A DNA stretch of 60,643 bases, filler included, from Catajapyx aquilonaris (lineage: Eukaryota), in NCBI GenBank assembly GCA_000934665.2. It is 3 parts of 3 records of this genome, joined end to end, with 100 filler letters (N's around TTAATTAATTAA, not from the genome) between each part and the next. Parts side by side here need not be neighbours in the genome. Positions count along the whole stretch, not along the records: positions 40,510 to 60,643 come from JYFJ02006332.1; 2 more parts are not named here. One strand, written 5' to 3'. The position numbers and the translations under genes were made by a program. This document shows, in pieces, positions 54,930 through 60,643 of this stretch. The notes beneath the pieces were generated by a model, which was given only the letters and a program-made list of their open reading frames with translations, was not told where the DNA came from and searched no databases. Position 1 is the first letter of the stretch; each line of letters begins with the position of its first letter.

Positions 54930-55158
54930 CTGGCTGCGATACCTGGCGTTGCTCGGGAAGAAATGAATGAAAAGCAAGCTGAAAAGGACAGGCAAAAAAA
55001 AAATACATATAATTAAGAATCTTAATTAAAGGAAGGTCGGGTCGGAGAGACGGGAGAGTGGAGGTGTAGGAGGCGTACCACAGATGGCAGGCAAATGACG
55101 GTTGGCGTTCCAGGCAGACAGACAGACAGATCACAAACGGCTTTATTTATATATAAGA
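54930..55158 (-). mobile_element. Short non-autonomous Helitron
   Basis: Minus strand A|TCTTATATAT...(CTGT)n...CCCGAGCAACGCCAGGTATCGCAGCCAG|T: TC start, hairpin, CTAG-like end, inserted between A and T. Confidence 0.75.
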
Positions 55159-56084
55159 TAGTGATATGATATTGTTAGCTAGGAATTCTTACACAACATA
55201 GGCTCCTCCCACCAGGAACCAGATTAGTGGCATGGCAGTACATTTCTACATTGCATTGCATGCCTTTGAATCATAATAATATTGTGAACTTGAGACTTGA
55301 CTCTGCTTTGATGCTGGTTTTTTTCTACTCTTTTGGCAGCAAGTGATTGTGGATATGGCTTCATCGACTTAGAATGCTGGAGTGGGAAGTCAGACTGAGC
55401 CACTATCAATGGGACTGGTCAAGATCAATGGACTCTCAGTTCTGCATCTCATCTCTGGGGAAGTGTAAGATTCTGGACAATACAAAATTGAGTTTCATAA
55501 TTCAGATATGGTTTTTAATTGAAGACCTGCACACCACGTTGAATTTGCTTAGTTCTCTTTCAGCTATGAATTCAATTTAAAATGCTGTCAGTAATTATAA
55601 GAGTATGTCATTTGATATTCTAAGACTTGCATTTCATTGTTATTCTGCAAGTTGATTTCAGTGATTTGGAAATGCAATAGGCTACTTTCACTTGTTCATA
55701 CATAATAATGGAGATAACTTTATAATTGACAGGGTAAGCGGACCACATTCATAGTGTTTGAGAACCATTTGTGTTATGGGATAGGCAAATGCAGTTTCTG
55801 GAAAGCATCCACCTCATGTGGTTCTGGGATTTTTCTCGTGTCTTCAAAAATACCTTGCTTTTTAGTAGCATGCAAGTGCTAGGTTTCTATTCTTAGGGAG
55901 GACACATAGAATTGCATTTTTCTGGAATGCCAAGTGTGGCAGGAAACTGTTGCTATTTGAGATGATGATTCCTTGCCTTCAGTAGGTATTTCTTCATGCT
56001 CAACATGCTAGATCACATTTCTCAACTGTGGTTCTCTATTATGGCCACATTCAGAAATTATGCCCATTATGCGGCCTATAGGGT

Positions 56085-56284
56085 GGTTTTTATTTTGGGA
56101 GAGTCAAGGGCTTGAGGAGGAGATTGAAGAGATTTCGATCTGAGGCAGCCCCCAGACACTCCCCCTATAATCAGTTCTTATCGCCTGACGGGCGTTTTGC
56201 GGGAGGTGCTCTCAAGGGGGCTGCCTGAGATCGAAATCACTTCAATCTCCTCCTCAAGCCCTTGACTCTCCCAAAATAAAAACC
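56085..56284. mobile_element. Palindromic MITE
   Basis: ~68-bp inverted arms GGTTTTTATTTTGGGAGAGTCAAGGG...GGCAGCCCC. Confidence 0.75.
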
Positions 56285-56762
56285 TCACCAACTAAATAGG
56301 AAACCATGCTGAGAACTTGATAATTGGTATCCTGATGTGATCTGAGTGGGTTGCATATGGCATCTGCAGGGCATAATAATGTACGAGGTACCTAGGTGGT
56401 TTTAGTAAAGACGAGACCATTAAAGTAATGCGAAAGGTCTGCATTTGTCATAATAAAGGGAGGCAGAGGAAATGAAGAAGGCTGGGCAGCAGCAGTACCT
56501 TGGGAAGGGTCCCAAAACCGCTATTTCTTAATAAATTCATGTGAAATGAACATGTTACATTATCCTATGCTTTACATTCAAAATTTCGCACCCTTCCTAA
56601 AATTCTGCCACCCCAGGCCTTGACCTAGATTGGCCCCAGTGGCTAATGTGCTCTTGCATTTGCCAGACACTAGCAAAAATCAAGTATTTCATCAACTTAT
56701 GCCCACTAGTGGATCACAGACTTCACAGACCTTACTTTGGGAACTGTTGTCGAAAAATAAGC

Positions 56763-57010
56763 GAGGGGGTTAAAATCAAAAACCGACAGCTCCGTCATAA
56801 ACGTAACGGAGAAAAACGAGAAAAACCTACAGTTTCGCCGTATATGTCAATGTAGATACCTGAATGTAGCGGCTATTCCCATGTATACATATGTAGGGTT
56901 TTTGATATCATATTCAGGTATTATGTAGTCCATGGCCTGAGGAATGCATTTCCGGCGCTAACTCATTTTTTTATTTTCTGGAGCTGTCGGTTTGTGATTT
57001 TAACCCCCTC
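56763..57010. mobile_element. TIR MITE
   Basis: 31-bp TIRs GAGGGGGTTAAAATCA(A/C)AAACCGACAGCTCC; no clear TSD. Confidence 0.7.
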
Positions 57011-57023
57011 ATTTCTTCATTTA

Positions 57024-57149
57024 GGGCCAGTTTCACCGAGCTCAGTATATGATAAAACCAGGTTTCTTTCTGAAAATCCATACAAAATTGTATGGATTTT
57101 TAGAAAGAAACCTGGTTTTATCATATACCAAGCTCGGTGAAACTGGCCC
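57024..57149. mobile_element. PIF/Harbinger-like palindromic MITE
   Basis: GGGCCAGTTTCACCGAGCT... near-complete palindrome; TSD TTA. Confidence 0.85.
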
Positions 57150-57158
57150 TTAGAAGTA

Positions 57159-57742
57159 CAGTAAAACTTCTATAAGTCGAATCTCCATGGGACCGGGAAA
57201 AAACTTCGAGTTATAGAAGATTCGAGTTAGAGAAGTTTGGCTTTTTTGAGCCCATAACTCTATAAGGAAGCCTACCTTTATATCCAGCGACAAAAGATGT
57301 TCAAAACTTAAAAATAATATTGTCACTATCACACTTACAATGTTTCCCATTGTTTTGTTGTGAAAAAATCTCCGTTATGGACATTTTGCCTACTCTTAGA
57401 TTCAAGGAATCAATTGTCACAATTGAGTCAAACACTTCTTTCGGTACGTCTGGTAGACGGAGATCAGGAAATTGATCCTTTCTGTACATCTGGCCTACTG
57501 TCGACCCTTCGGCTGGGAAATGAGCAAATTTTCCGTACTCGCCAACATGAACTTCGACTTAGGGAGACTGAAAATGCATTGAAATCCCGTCGTAAGGCCC
57601 TGCCAGCACTTCGAGTTATAGAAATTCGAGTTAGGGAAGTTTATTTCCTATTCTTTTACATTGTGACCAACCAAGCTCATCATTTTATTCGACTTATAGA
57701 GAACTTCGACTTAGGGAAGTTCGACTTGTAGAAGTTTAACTG
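57159..57742. mobile_element. pogo/Tigger-type MITE
   Basis: TA|CAGTAAAACTTCTATAAGTCGAA ... TTCGACTTGTAGAAGTTTAACTG|TA; repeated TTCGAGTTA motifs. Confidence 0.85.
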
Positions 57743-58150
57743 TAATTGAGATGTGATAGTAAAAGTACAGCTAAATGCATCAGGGTAGAAAATGAGTACC
57801 CTGTAAGTAATTTATTACTTCCTCCCTCTTCAAACCTCAAAATCAATGTGACATAAATATTTAAAAGCTAGTATGATTTTAATGTAGATCTGCACTGTAG
57901 GAGATAAATTGCTCAAATAAGATGTATGGTACAAGTTACTTTGGTTACCATTGCAACACATCCATTGGCACATAAGTGATTTACATGGTGTTTGCGAGAC
58001 AGAAGTGAATATTTTCAATGTTCTTCTACAGCGTATATAAATCCTAAGAGCTTAGGAGCTTCTCCTCCTTGAGGCGATAAGACTCACTCATCTGTGCGCA
58101 ATTCTTGCCCTGTTGCTTTAATAAGACCAATTTGGCTCTTTACCGTTATA

Positions 58151-58365
58151 CAGGGTGGTCCACCTAACTTTATACAGGCGCTCAGGTCTGCACTGTTCCC
58201 AATCATGTCAAGTACGTCAGATGGAAGTTGTAGGATGTCAAGGGGACATAAGATGCATGCAATGAAATTCATGTGACTTAAATATCATTAATTATCATTA
58301 ATTAATGATTCAGATTGGCAACAGTGCAACCTGAGCGCCTGTATCAAGTTAGGTGGACCACCCTG
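58151..58365. mobile_element. Tc1/mariner-type MITE
   Basis: ~36-bp TIRs CAGGGTGGTCCACCTAACTT; TA flanks. Confidence 0.85.
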
Positions 58366-58429
58366 TATAATAGTTTTGACGTATCCATCACCTAAAACCA
58401 CGGTCCATATGTGGACGCAAGTCGGAAAC

Positions 58430-58786
58430 AAGTTATTTTATTTTATTTTACTTACCACATTGGGAGACAACGCTCCTTTAGGGGGGTGGAACACCACCAT
58501 TTTTCCATCACTATTTTCTTATGTATTTTCTTCGGACACCATGCAAGGGAAAAAGGACATAGGGAAGGGAATGGGGATTTTTGGGGAGGAGACACAGGTG
58601 CAGGGGCAATGTCTGAAAAGGGGACATGTGCAGTCTCCCTGAAGGTTAGGTTGCCAGACACCTCCAAGGCGACGGTCAGAGACCATCCTGACGCAGACGA
58701 AAAGGGAACTCCCAGACGGGGATCGAACCCGGGACCTTTAGCTCAGCAAGCTGAGTCGTTACCGACTCGGCCACCACACCTCCACA
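58430..58786 (-). mobile_element. tRNA-derived SINE
   Basis: A-box TGGCCGAGTCGG, B-box GGTTCGATCCC, (TAAAA)n tail. Confidence 0.75.
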
Positions 58787-60643
58787 GAAACAAGTAATTG
58801 ATAAGGCGACGTGCGAAGTGGACAACTTGCGTGACATAAATCGGGCCCTGGGCATTACGAGGGGATCCAAAACACTTTACAGACAGCTATGGCTATTAGC
58901 TGGCACTAAGCTGCTCAATGTCAGCACTTTCTATTTGCACAATACAAGTACAGTAGATTGACCCAACAAGTCCATGGAGCTGGCAAATGTTACAAGTACT
59001 AGATATACATAAGGGCATTTATGCATCTATGAATGAGAATGGTTAAATGCATTTTGTAGTTTTACCCATATATTACAATATAAAATCAAAATTTAGCAGG
59101 CCTTTTCATTAACTTGTACACCTAGGTAGTTGCACAGTATCACTGTACATGAAACGGAAACTTTGTATGTATATAAGTTATGTGTGTCTTCAAGAACAGA
59201 ACCAAACAGTCCAGACCTTGCCTCAAGTGTCATTCACTTGTTATGCCACCTATATAGGAAAGTGTAGCCAGATGAGAGCCTCCTGAGTGAGTTGAGTGAC
59301 CCCGAGACAAGAGGATCGGTGTGGAGGCGAGGGTGTTCAATAAACTAATATGCATCATCATGTAGCTGTGTTGATTGTGCTGGAAATTCATTTTTTTTTT
59401 AATTATGGCCAAACAGTTTTATTGGAATGCAGTCTGATGTATTCTAGAAAATGCAGTTTCCAAGGCAATAAATCCGTTAAGTAAATGTTTCAGCCAGGTC
59501 ATGTTGATTGTAAGTTATAAGAGGTAGGAATGTTGATGTTTTTTATGGAGACCTACCGTATTACCTCACATAAAGCGGCATCCCGGTGTAGTCGAGGTCG
59601 ACCAGGTTTTCGAAATTCATGATGTAGTGGCTACACCGGCATGCTGGTCTAAGTGAGGTATCCCTGTATGAGGCAAGGGTTTCACTTATATTAGCCTTTT
59701 ATAACTACATATTTGCCTGAAATCGAAATCCACGAAAAGGCTATCAAAAAGGCACATTTTCCTAATCTAAAACCGCTCTACAGTAACTTATGTTATTTTA
59801 AATTAGGCCTACAGTGTGGCAATAATTATGTATGTAGAGTGCATGGAAGAGTACAGCAAGCACTTGTTACTTTCACTATTCCCTTCGCTTATTTTTTTGG
59901 GAGATAGGCTACAATTTTTAGATATTAACATTTTCATTCATAAATACAGTCGAACCCCGTTTACTCAATGTCGGATTATCCGACTCCTTGGTTTATCTGA
60001 CCGTCCCACACCAGCAACAAATCCGTTTTCTCATTAAATACTGTAATGTTCTATGCATATGATTTGTGTTGCCTTGTAGTTAAATTGCAAATACGGAACA
60101 ATATGGTGTGTATGTAAAAGATAAATACTTCCCTATTTCTTATTATATCAAAAACTTTCCCTTCAGTAAAAAAAAGAGAAGTAAGACCTCCGCGGCGGAA
60201 TGAAGGTACTGAAACAAGGCAGGCGCACGTAAGACCTTCACCAATTGATTTAAGCTGTACCATAGGTCTTACTCAAGCAATTTCCAATTCACTGCTCATG
60301 AAGTCTCCTTTCTGAAACAAATCTGTGGTATTTCTGTCGTACTACTAGTTACTTCTAACTTAGCAGTACCAGTGTAGTGCAATGGTACTGCTAAGTTAGC
60401 AGTATCTTAGCTCTTATGGGCAGTATTAGTTTGCCATGAGCCACTCCATATTAGTGTTTTATGAAACTAGGAACTTCAATATTAAGCACATTGAATTTCT
60501 ATGCGATTAGTGCGAATTATTGCCATGAAACATTCATGCAGAATCATCACCTCTATTTTAGATGCTGATTTTAACTCTAACGTTTAATTTTTCACATATA
60601 AACGTTAATTGGTGAATTTTAGAGGGTCTTTTTCGATTGGACC

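Overview
Eukaryotic, intron-containing arthropod (probably insect) genomic DNA. Two identical 100-bp N spacers carrying TTAATTAATTAA (20140-20239, 40410-40509) split it into three ~20.1-kb segments whose adjacency may be artificial. Segment 1 is a deeply nested transposon stack. A decayed minus-strand Helitron (3' CTAG end at 709) is interrupted by a TIR element and a TG..CA LTR-like insert. It is then cut off by an unclassified (CCTAA)n telomere-repeat-bearing element, which hosts a full-length Mag-type Gypsy LTR retrotransposon (6676-15700). The Gypsy in turn carries an apparently intact hAT transposon (9151-13244) and a 36-bp perfect palindrome with a 7-bp duplication resembling a P-element-type excision footprint. 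The segment ends with three 3' exons of a membrane thioredoxin-domain gene. Segment 2 holds 11 exons of the nucleolar GTPase NOG1/GTPBP4 (minus strand, 5' end missing) among SINEs and MITEs. Segment 3 holds a complete six-exon TRPA-family (pyrexia-like) channel gene nested antisense in an intron of COQ6, followed by a dense field of MITEs. No prokaryotic-type system (CRISPR, operon) is present. The best novelty candidates are the unclassified telomere-repeat element, the footprint-like palindrome and the TRP/COQ6 antisense nesting.
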